From Nemertoderma westbladi (taxonomy: Eukaryota > Animalia > Xenacoelomorpha): a stretch of 64,000 nucleotides of DNA. The position numbers were made by a program, and so were the translations under genes. Below are positions 37,380-48,567 of the stretch, one piece after another (positions within the stretch are counted from its first letter, which is position 1; each line of letters opens with the position of its first letter). Location: the NCBI GenBank assembly GCA_032718475.1, contig JAUCBJ010000246.1, forward strand, positions 1-64,000, in the 5' to 3' direction. Under the pieces are notes generated by a model that saw nothing but the letters and a program-made list of their open reading frames with translations, was not told the origin of the DNA and ran no database searches.

Positions 37380-38040
37380 ATACGCACTATTGTGGGCACT
37401 GAGGGCGCCACGTGAGGAGTTGAGGGAGGGTATGCACGCATACCGTGGTGGAAGGGTACACAGTACCGAAAGTACGTAACAACGTACTATTGTGGGGCCT
37501 GAGGGCGCCACGTGAGGAGTTGAAGGGGAGCTATGTACACATACCGTAGTAGAATGGTACATAGTACCATAAGTATATAATACGTACTATTGTTTGGCAC
37601 TGAGGGCGCCATGTGAGGAGTTGAGGGGAGGTATGTACGCATAGCGTAGTAGAAGGGTACACAGTACCGTAAGCACATAATAGGTACTATTGTGGGCACT
37701 GAGGGCGCCATTTGAGGAGTTGAGGGGAGGTATGTATGCATACTGTAGTAGAAGGGTACATAGTCCCATAAATACATAATATGTACTAAAGTGGGCACTG
37801 AAGGCGGAACGTGATGACTTGAGCACTAGAGCACTTGATGTACGCATACTGTAGTAGAAGGGTACACAGTACCATAGTGAGGATTAGGAGGGATATATAT
37901 TGCGTACGTCTGATGGGCACAATGTGCCAACGTACGTAATAAATACCAACACAAGCCGGGTCAATGGGACCAATAATTATACGTAATCCGTACGTACAAT
38001 AGTGGGCATTGAGGGCGCCACATGAGGAGTTGAGGGGGAT
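37380..38040. repeat. ~100-bp tandem array (core TTGTGGGCAC-TGAGG-GCGCCACGT)
   Basis: Units near 37388, 37488, 37588, 37688, 37787 and 37997. Confidence 0.92.
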
Positions 38041-38570
38041 ATGTAGGCGTGGTAGGATAGACCGCACGAACTAGACTACTGTAGCGCATAGCCCGTAGTG
38101 CAGAGTTAGAACATTGCTACAGAGCCAGAAAGTTGTCTGGTAGGAAGCTAGTACAAGAGTAAGTTACAAAGTATTGTAGCTAGTCTTATCTGTAGACAAG
38201 TAGTGATGAATTACTTACATAGTAATTGAGTAGTAGATAATGTAATAGCATGTCAGTTGAGGTTGGGGAGTGAACACAGCACTGAAGAATCAGTTTACGC
38301 CCCATTTTTTATGATTTTGTCACGTTTGATGCTGACCGATTACTTCAATTTCTATAACAGGACGCAATTTTTTTGAGTCTATGGTTGTGTTGTCTGTATG
38401 AAACCGAAAAGGTCGAACCTTACCGTGCCACTTGGTACATAATTATTACATAGATTTAAATTTAAAACAAAAGATAAATGCTAATTAGGTACCTATAAAT
38501 ATTTATTTGCAGTAATGACACTCGTTGAAACCCTGTGGCCAATACAACACATGCTGCAATTCAATGTGTA

Positions 38571-39196
38571 GTGAAAGTAAAGTAAAAAGTTCGAATAAAT
38601 TTCACCTTTAACAAATTATGTTATTTAAATGAAAATAACCTGTTAAAAACCTAAAATCTTTTTGCTAATGATAGGAACCTAATTCGAGTCTAATAGGGTT
38701 AGTGAATTTTTTCATCTCATTTTTGAATAGGTTTAATTATTGTTTTAAACTATAAATTAAAAAACTTACTTTTTGTTGCTCTCCTGTGAAGAAGAGCGAT
38801 GTAGAAGAGCGAATTTCAGACCACCTTTACGAAAAGCAGGCAATGCATGAACAAGTTGCGATCGACCTAGACAACAGTAAAAAGTGAAAGTAAAGTAAAA
38901 AGTTCGAATAAATTTCACCTTTAACAAATTATGTTATTTAAATCAAAATAACCTGTTAAAAACCTAAAATCTTTTTGCTAATGATAGGAACCTAATTCGA
39001 GTCTAATAGGGTTAGTGAATTTTTTCATCTCATTTTTGAATAGGTTTAATTATTGTTTTAAACTATAAATTAAAAAACTTACTTTTTGTTGCTCTCCTGT
39101 GAAGAAGAGCGATGTAGAAGAGCGAATTTCAGACCACCTTTACGAAAAGCAGGCAATGCATGAACAAGTTGCGATCGACCTAGACAACAGTAAAAA
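38571..39196. repeat. 313-bp direct tandem duplication
   Basis: 38571-38883 is almost identical to 38884-39196 and includes the start of the transposase fragment. Confidence 0.93.
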
Positions 39197-40124
39197 ACTA
39201 GCCTCTGGTATAGAGTTAATGACGTTTGACCTGCAGAAAGTCTTGTCTACTCCAATGGGTGACAATATGTTGCTTGGCTATTCGCGCAAATTGGCAGTCT
39301 ACAATCTGACATCATTTCTAAGTTCTAATAAAGCTGGGTACTGCTATATTTGGAATGAAACGATAGCTAAGCGTGGATCAATCGAAATAGCGTCTTTTAT
39401 ATACGACCAACTCCTTCGACTTGATGATATGGGAGTTCAGAATATCATTGCTCATTGTGATTCATGTGGTGGCCAGATCCGGAATCGTATGGTAATCGCG
39501 GCTGTGCTAACCTTCATGTACATAGCCAAACAAGTGACTAGTACCATCATCAAGTTTTTAATCCCTCGCCATACCTATCTTCAAGCAGATAGTATCCATG
39601 CCACTATAGAAAGGGCTTATAGTAAGCAGATTGTCTATGCTCCATCTGAATGGCCTGGTATTGTGGTGCGTGCTAGGCAATGCCCATGTCCCTATGAGGT
39701 GGTTAAAGTCACTAAAGACCACGTTCTGGATTGGAAGAAAAGTAGTCTCCTCTACCCTCTTCTACATTGCGACACGGGCAAACCGAAACCTAAGAAGATT
39801 CCGTGGGCAAATATTCGCGCACTTAAGTATGAGAAGGGTATAGATGGACACATAGCTGTGTCATTCACTACGACATTTTGCAACAATGCGACATGGAAAA
39901 CTATGAAATCAAGAAAGAATGAGAGGGCTAATCCACCTATTCCACCGAAAGCATATTCAAAGCAATTGCCCATATCTGCTGTGAAGAAGAAAGATCTCAT
40001 GGATCTTTGCAGTAATGGGTTTATACCGCAAATCTTCCATAACGAATATGAAGCCATAACAACCAGCATGGATGTTCCTGATGAACTGGATGAGACGGAT
40101 GTGGAGGATGTGACTGACGATTGA
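39099..40124 (+). pseudogene. Sola1-like DDD transposase, C-terminal part (5'-truncated)
   Basis: FDLQKVLSTP..YSRKLAVYNLT..WNETIAKRGSIEIAS..CDSCGGQ.RN..HTYLQADSIHATIE..PISAVKKKDL..C. Probable right end near 40757, with repeated AAGGGCATT motifs. Confidence 0.82.
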
Positions 40125-43100
40125 AAGCTGAATATACAAACTAACTTGTGTTTATATTGGTTGTTACGTTAATAATTGGAGTGGGTATAGAATCTAAGAG
40201 TATAGAAGCTAAGTTGTGTGTGTTAGTTATACTAATATACCTTAGTGTTATATTAATAGAAACGGTTATATTTTGGATAAACTAAACAACCTTAGAAAAA
40301 TCAGCTTGCCTAATTTATATACATTTCAGTGACCCCAAAAGGCATGTTACCAAATAAGAATAAAAATGAACTAAATAAGATAAATAAATTAATAACAACT
40401 TCCAATAATAATACATAAATAAATAAATACGTCATTCCGACTGAAATGATTCAAGTATCGTAAACGTGGGCAGATCGGTAATGATTCTAACACAGTAATA
40501 TATACTGCCAAAAGGGCATTCACAGTTAAATTGTGGAAACTCCATTCAGGACAAAAGGGCATTTGACCATGCCATGTCTTCTGAAATGTAAAAAATGTAT
40601 TTTTGATACAAAAATCCGAAATACGACAAAGCAAATACACTATGTTGACATAAAAAATGTAAGGATGGTCATTCTTTTCAATTTAAGACGGTTATTTGGC
40701 TCTCCTGAAAAGTGGCATTTTGGCTGAATGCCCTTCTTCCCGCTCACCGACGATGTATTTTATCAATCCCCTCTCCCCCTGTCAAAAACTATAACACCGG
40801 GGACAGACACAGAAACTATAACTAAAACACGGGGGGGGGGGGAGGGGTCGAGCTTGCTTGACACTTTGTGGCAGAGGGGGGGGGGGGGGGGGGGAGGTCA
40901 AACAACTGGAAAATTTGCGTGACATACTTTATGAACGCCCCCATAACTAGTAAACTTATGTTTTATCATTTTAGATGGAGAAATACTGTGTTATACATGG
41001 TCGATACGCTCGGCGGGCGTCACTCGCAGACGTCATCGACAACCCGCCGGTCATGGAGGGCCACCATATGGCGGCAATGGTCATAAGTGAAACTTGCGCC
41101 GTAAAGAAAAATAAACCGGCACTAACTTCTCAGCCGCCAGCAAAGAAGGCCAGGGCGTCTTCATACCATACGCTGGCCTTCCTACTGTAAGTAAAAATTA
41201 TTACTATTACTGATACTAATGATAATATTTTTTTCAATATTCGCAATATGTGACATTACTACCAAAAATAACACGAATTAAAAAACAATAATCAATTGAA
41301 ATTATGTATATTAATACATGAAGTTACTAATTTGGTGTTGTTCAAACTAAATCCTATTAAAAATACAAATATTGATTACCTGCTAAAATTAAATTTACAC
41401 TAACTACATTATAATATTATATTTTAATAATTATTTTTAGCGATAATAATGCCTTCTAATGAGACGTTCTCGAAGCTCTTCCCACTCCACGCTGATTCCG
41501 AAAAGTTTTTCGAGAATGGGATAGGGGTGGGGACGTTTATCGTCATCCTAGAGCCGGGGTACCGTGGGGGGTCGACGACACATCTTCCCGCCATAGTATC
41601 CCGGCTCAGTCCGGTGCACCTTAGGGCAGCCCCCATATACCCTGAGCATCCCTCTAGATTGGATGAAATCAGTAAATCGGCAGAACTGGCGGGTTTCTGC
41701 CTTGAAATCCCGAGACTGACTTTATCCACGGTTTGTGTTGTTGTTAATATTATTTCTCATTTGTAAATAAATATTAATAATAATTATTATTTTTCTAGAT
41801 AAGTTTGTCAATTTCTACTACATATATTTTTAGCACCAAATTAAGCAGAATTGCTTTTATTACAAAAAAAATAATGACTTTCCTAAACAATAAGCAATAT
41901 ACATAATCAAAATAAATAATGAATAATAATAAATCTCATTTATAAATATTGTATTTTTTAGATTATATTGAAGAAGGTGTGTGGGGGCAACTTGTGCCGA
42001 GGATTAAAGGGGGCGGCCTGCCCTTGCTACCGGAGGGGGTTGAAGGAGACATGGGTCATCGAAGGGGACATCCGCCTGCCAGCGATTTGGGATGCGGAAA
42101 AATAAGAAGGTGGAGCCCTACCCATTTTCATCGCGGTATTTTACCGCGATGTTTCTGAATAGACATCAACAAGGGGTAGGCATTTTAATATTCAAATTGA
42201 TAATAAAATTTGCTAATTAAAAAATATAGAAAACCTTAACTAATCATTTACATACAGAACTTACACTATTGCACTTTTTAATTAATTGATAGTAGCAATA
42301 ATAAATTGAAGAACACCACGTTTGTAAGATATAAAAAATAGGCTACAATAAAGTCATACCAAAAACAATTATTCAACACCAAAATAAATAAATGCTTTTT
42401 GGTGAGAAATATTCAAAATTGGGGGATGTAAATTGGTGCTCCAAAAAAATATATTTTGTGCTAAATAATTTTTTTGGTGTGAAATCATCTAATTTGGGGT
42501 TACAGTCAATTAGTTGCTTAAAAATATGACATTCCCGTGAAAATATTGTTAAAAATAATATAATTATTGACATTTTATTACATTTCGCAATATGCAAAAA
42601 CGTAATACTCTAATGGCTATTATTATATTATTAAAACGTAATATTTGGATAATTTAGATTACAAATTTAGTTTCAATATTTATATTTCAAATATTATTTA
42701 CATTTTCAGTCGATTAGGGATTTGTCGACAGCGCAAACGTTCGCAGTTAGTCGGTCGGTCATGCCCTATCGAAATTATTTAGTAAAACATGACATGTATA
42801 ATTTTAATAAATAATGATCCTTCAATCCTTCCCTTTCCAGAATCCAATAGTCCCTGTGCGCCCACCTTCGGGAGCCAGCTTTCCGGGGCGACAAGTCTCG
42901 GGGGTTCATCCCCATTATAGAAGTTCAGCATCCCACAATCGCAATACCCGGACCAACGGCGGTAATGTTTCTGCGATACATTGTGGTCTACTCAGAGGAG
43001 TTATCCGGCTTCAGTATTAATGTTCCTCAAGCCTGTCATACAGCAGTGAAGTGCATTATTAGTGTAGGATCAGCCAGTTTGCAGTTCTGATTAACGATCT

Positions 43101-43459
43101 TCCATGGGTGACCAGGAAGAACTCCTTGAGCCTGAGCTAACAGCGTTCGACGAAGATTGCAATTTGCACTGCTGAAATCCAGTTCTCTTTGCGTCCGTGG
43201 TGGTCGCAGATCTTGGCGTGGACTTGGGTTTGGCGATGGGGCCGGTCTTCGTGGACGAGACATAACGACACAATACTAGCCCATGGTCGAGCTGTTGAAA
43301 TCCACATAAACTAATGCATTACACATAATACTGAAATACTCTATTGATCAACTCTTTCTATATATTTAATTTGGTTGTGTTAATTTTGGTTATTAATATT
43401 TGTTCATATTATATTATATTATATTATTAAATAAATATAAATTATCAGATAGTGATAGG

Positions 43460-43545
43460 TGTTATATACGACAACACATCGAGTCTTTTCCATCATTTCC
43501 ATCACACTATGCTCGCAAAGGTACAAACAGGCTATATTGTACTCC
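43460..43545 (+). pseudogene. Short Sola1-like transposase fragment
   Basis: IRQHIESFPSFPSHYARKGTNRLY matches the HIxSFPxxxSHYxR..YL motif of this family. Confidence 0.6.
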
Positions 43546-44281
43546 CTCCTCGCAGACCAGTATAGTTCTTTGTCGGAATCGGAACGATTTCGTTTCGACA
43601 TTAAGGTCAGAAGGTTGTCCTTACTTGTCTTACATTCATCGTCGTACCATTGCTGGTGGTGGTTCTGATTGTTTGATGGCTTGTGCTTTGCCGCAGTTGA
43701 TATTACTTCGTTAAGAATTGCTGTACCTGTATGCTAAGGTCGCTTACTTTCGTCGCTCGCCCCACAATGGTTAGTAAATGTTTAATTTACTATCAAAGAT
43801 CTTAAAAAAGTAGATTTTTTTAGCTTTACAACAACAGACCGTACCAACAAATAAAAGATATTTTTAATAAGAGTAATAAAATAATAAGTAAAAATTAACA
43901 AAATAGTTGTGAACACGTTCCTTTCTGTTCTTTTTTTACGAATCTATTACTTAATTTACTTCATATTTAATAATAATGTTTAAACTTTATCGCGAAGAAG
44001 AACCGGCTATTCCTATCGCGCTGGGGATACTACCATTGGTAGGCTCCCATGGTTGCAAATTAGAGATCTTACAGTTTTTCGTAAACATGCAGTTCTTAAC
44101 TTAAGTAGCGACGGGAGGTTTTGGGTCAAACCCATAAGCGAGAACGCTACTTTTTTTCAAAAAAAATGGGGAAGAAGCCTTCCACGTCTTGGAGAGAAAC
44201 TGTTGGAAAGAACTCAAGAATAAAGATAAAATATCTTTATTACCACCACCACCCCATACCTTTACAATTTTACGTACTGAT

Positions 44282-44505
44282 ATGGAGAGTGACGAGGATA
44301 TTTTCTTTTATTCCATCAACAGTGATGAGAGGGATGAGACTTTGTTCTGGATGAACAGGAGGCGTTGGTTGAGAATCGATCTGAATCCGAAGAAGTGGTG
44401 GATAACTGTTCAGAATCAGGCGACGTGGACAACCGTCCTGAGTGCATGTATGGCACTTGATGTATGTCTTTTAGTATGGAACATATGAAAAACTTTTAAA
44501 CATAC
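44282..44505 (+). pseudogene. Small acidic protein remnant ending in a PBZ-like zinc finger
   Basis: MESDEDIFF..(frameshift)..SEEVVDNCSESGDVDN-RPECMYGT*CMSFSMEHMKNF-KH fits RxxCxYGxxCx6Hx3FxH, with one stop and one frameshift. Confidence 0.5.
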
Positions 44506-45141
44506 TCAGCCTCCACCCCCTCCGCCGATGAGTATTTAGTACTGTTGCTACGTTTGTATAATATTGTAGCTATTGTAGTATATGTTTTGTAGTACATATA
44601 CATTGAATATATGTGGTGGTTTAATTACAATTAATAATTGTATAATATATTTATTTTGAGTACCTTGCGCTCCTACTGCCCCCCTTCCAACACTGTGATT
44701 AACTTTATAGCAATATGTTAATTAAGCAATGTCAAACAATAAAATAAATTACAATAGTGTCATTGACAGTGGCACTTTATCATCTATTGTTTTGAGGTTA
44801 TTGAAATGTTAAGTTATTAATTAAAGTTTAAGTTACCAATCGTAACCAGGTTGTAGGAAACTCTAATCTGTTAACTTTTAACAGAAGTAGCGAATATAAT
44901 TACAATTTATTCAAATCCGATTTATTATTTTTAGTGCTACAAGTATTAATACTTGTATGAGAAAACATTACGTATAATTAATTTATTTATTTTTAATCAG
45001 TTAAATTATAATAAAATTGTTATTAAAAATGTACTATATATTATAAAATATATTGCAAAATAAACACCGGTTTACAAATATTACATAAAGATCAGTTTAC
45101 ACTTTTTGTGATTATATAATTTATTTTGTTATAGGAATAAT

Positions 45142-46386
45142 TGTAAAAGCTTTTGTGGGATAACTGATACGTTTGCCTTTGCTGGCCAGTTCCCCCCAGG
45201 CGCTGGAATACTCTAAAAAGGTTTTCTAACTGTATATAGATTCCCCTCGCCCGCAAGGTACCTTTACAGGTGTTTTAACGGACATAAAAATCATTCTGCT
45301 ATATACGTGTTTTGGCGGACATGGTAAGGCAAAAAACCTGTAATGCACCAACTACCTTTCACAGCTTAGCCGTGATAATTCATATTACGACATCTAACAG
45401 CTGGTTGCTGACATGGAAACAGCCATTGGATGTATGGTTCTTTGTTTGGCTTGAGCCAATCAGAGCGATTTTTCCTGTCGACGTGTAGCTTTTAGTCGAT
45501 CATAAGGAGAGTGTTCAGTCTTAAAGTTTCTTACTTGATACTTTGTTGTTATTGCTGTCTAAGCCAGAAACACCGGCCTTTCGGTAAGAACTCTAGTAAA
45601 CTGCTTGAATTATCGAGAGTATAAACTGTTACCTTAACGAATCGAACCTTAACGCATCTTAACATACTTACTTAATTTAATTGCATTAATCATATTGTTT
45701 GTACTGTTATTTTACCGTCAGTTATTAATTGTACCTATTTGTTGATGGAAATATTGCTCTTTGGATAATACGGATAAATCACCCAAATTCCCAATTTTCT
45801 TGATACACTACAGGTTAGAGAGACCGGTTATACATAACAATTGCGATTTATATTAATGTGGTGTGTATTGAATCCAATGTTATTTAGCAGACCCTACGTG
45901 AGTCAATTACTGCTCTCTTTATGTGTGATCAAATATACTGACTGTCGGCAGAATAGTGTGTATGATCGTGATTGGTAACAAAGTATTTCCTAAAGAATAC
46001 GCTTTATACTTTAATCATAAGCAGTATCGTTGCGTTTTAGTATAAGTCTTAGTTCTGTTTAAATAGATAAAGTGCCACGTCCTAAAGGAACTGTTAATAT
46101 TTCCCGAAAGCCAATAATATCTGTCAGAGATTAATTTATTAACGATCTATCGAATGGTATAGTAGGTATACACTGCAACCTTACACTGCAATAATAAAAT
46201 TCAAGCATCCGAATTCAGCCTCCCGGGTGTAGATCCATCGGGTGAATGATCGCGCATGGGCTGCCTTCGGCTAATGTTTTGCGTATTAGCATAAAATATT
46301 GTCGTATGCTAAAGTGGTTTTAATTAACTAAAAGACATATAAATTTTGGCAGGTTAAACTGCTAAAGGTCTTCAAAAGCGCGAACA
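45142..46386 (+). repeat. 5' LTR
   Basis: Matches 62511-63755, two substitutions noticed. CCAAT box near 45456 and TCAGT initiator-like motif at 45515-45519. Confidence 0.97.
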
Positions 46387-46399
46387 GTAACAGTTTATA
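46387..46399 (+). other. Non-tRNA PBS-position sequence complementary to own LTR 45620-45632
   Basis: GTAACAGTTTATA vs TATAAACTGTTAC, 13/13 complementary. No TGG after the LTR. Confidence 0.8.
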
Positions 46400-46683
46400 A
46401 TCTTATTGCAGTAAGCAATAAGGTTGCAAAATACCGTAGTGACCGGTAAACCTGAACCGGTACTTCTGTAAGTCAGTAGGCCTAACTGTCATCACCGGTA
46501 CCGGTACTGCTGTACAAGTACATTAGTATTATTCGATTTTGATTGTTGTATACCGGTAGGTCTTGGTACTTAATCAGGGAACGGCCGCCCTGATTTTTTA
46601 TTTGAGATTCTACTTATTTCTGTCGGTTTTATTTACTAGTAGGCTAATATTGAGCAGAAGGCGTGTGACCCTGCTCAGATTGT

Positions 46684-47257
46684 TCAGATAATTGTAGGCT
46701 GAGCTGCTGTCTGACTGTTGTTGAGTTTGGAGAGATTGCGGTGTGTGTAGAGTTTGTCTGATAAAGTGCCGTTAGTAAGTTGGGGCAGCCATAAGCGGTA
46801 AGGTCAATCCCCTCTTAAAGAATAAGTCGTACTACCGTGTTAGAACGCATACTAACTAACAGTTTCAGAGTCTGCATATACCGTAGTTTATTTAGGCTTG
46901 ATCGTAGTCTGCCAGTGTTTCAGCCTGTGTTTGTTTGTGTGGTCTGTTCAGGTACCGTAATAGTTATTATTCAAATATTTGTAGGCTGGATTGTTGTCTG
47001 GCTATTTTTGGGTCTGAAGGGATTGCTGCGTGTGTAGAGTTGGTCTGATCAAGTGCCGTTAGTAAGTTGGGGCAGCCATAAGCGGTAAGGTCAATCCCCT
47101 CTTAAAGAGTAAGTCGTACTACCGTGTTAGAACGCATACTAACTAACAGTTTCAGAATCTGCACATACAGTAGTTTGTTTAGGCTTAATAGTAGTCTGCC
47201 AGCGTTTGGTTTGTATTTGTTTGAGTATTCTGTACGGGTAGCGTAATATTTATTATT
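46684..47257 (+). repeat. 287-bp direct repeat in the 5' leader with a near-identical ~90-bp core
   Basis: 46771-46860 vs 47058-47147 differ at about one position, while the flanks are more diverged. Confidence 0.9.
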
Positions 47258-48567
47258 CAGAGTTTATGCGATTATTCGCAACATTCATGTCCCCAAGTTT
47301 ATTCCTACAGTAATTGTGCTTGTTATACATACCGTTATAGTTAAACTAACCCCGGTACTACATCAGGGCTGCTTGGCGTAGGTAAAGACTGACGACTTTG
47401 TGCTTCGGTCACTCCAGCAGATGCCGTGGTTCTTTTAACTGTTCAAGTATATTTAACTACTGATTATTTGTTATACCGGTACTTGTACCTAATTTAGGGT
47501 TTAGTGTACAGTGCTTTCCGAAGTAATTAGTGTAGGCAGTATATTTGTATTGTAAAGTGGTTGATAGGCACATTCGTTAGCTCTATTAGCTTCTGGGTAG
47601 GAACAATCCGTGATACATAACGTAGTACCTATAGCGATACGGTTATAGGTCGTCAGGCGGTGGTATTTTCCTATCTGGACAACGCAGTATATTTACTACT
47701 ACTTATTATTTAAATACCGTAGTACCCTGTCCTTTGTAATAACCAGAAATCTAACCCTTTGTTGGACTGGTTTGTAGACTTCCTGTAAAATTACCCTAAA
47801 AATTTCGTACGTAATATTTTGTTGTGTTTAATTAGAGAATTAATCTCACCCGTATCGTAAGTAATTTGTAGTATTAAGTAACTTAGGTAAATTAGAATTA
47901 TCAGTTTTAGTGTCAAATAAATAGCACTTCACTTAGAGGCGTTCAGCTTCTGTGTAGTGACTCCCCCAGAAATAATAACATTTATTTCAAATATTGACAA
48001 AACCCATTTAAACGGGTATATAAATATTATAAATCAACTCAAACGATTTATAAATAGTAGGCCTGCCATACAACAACTAGGTCTTACTATCAGTTGGACT
48101 ACTGCTTAAATAACGGTAATAAAGTAAGTTAAAGTAACTAAGTAACCCTAAAATATTCAGGAATTCAATTATTATAAAAATAATTGACATACCGGTACTT
48201 ACCATAGGCTTATTATATTTATTTCTATAAATTTGAGCTGAAATCATACCGGTACTCTGTAATTAATTCTAGTTCATAATTATACTTACATGCTGTAAGT
48301 GTAAGCTGTATACCGGTATTCATTATAGGCCTACTATATATATATATATATTTGTGCTAAAATTATATACCGGTACTCTGTGACACATCTAGTCTGTAAT
48401 AATACTTATATATTATAAGCATACCGGTATTCTAATATATTGTGTATATATCACGTTACACCGAGTAACGGTACCGGTAATAAATCGCTAGGCTTGCGGT
48501 CATACTGAATTACTAGACTTGCTTTAACTGAAAATATAGTAGTAGACATTCAACTGTATAACTAAAC

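Noticed and set aside
37380-38040. CRISPR-like look of the arrays at 29165-29790 and 37380-38040
   Set aside because: Spacers are homologous to each other, there are no cas genes, and the context is eukaryotic TEs. These are tandem repeats.
38571-39196. 313-bp duplication as a pair of LTRs
   Set aside because: Copies are adjacent, lack TG..CA ends and include transposase coding sequence. It is a simple tandem duplication or an assembly artefact.
46345-46365. TGGCAGG near the LTR end as a tRNA PBS
   Set aside because: It lies inside the LTR (present in both copies), and the TSD fixes the LTR end at 46386/63755.
45142-46386. Hammerhead or other small ribozyme in the LTR as the source of the primer end
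   Set aside because: I saw no CUGAnGA..GAAA core with flanking stems by eye, and such cleavage leaves a 2',3'-cyclic phosphate, not a 3'-OH. An Infernal search would be needed to exclude it fully.
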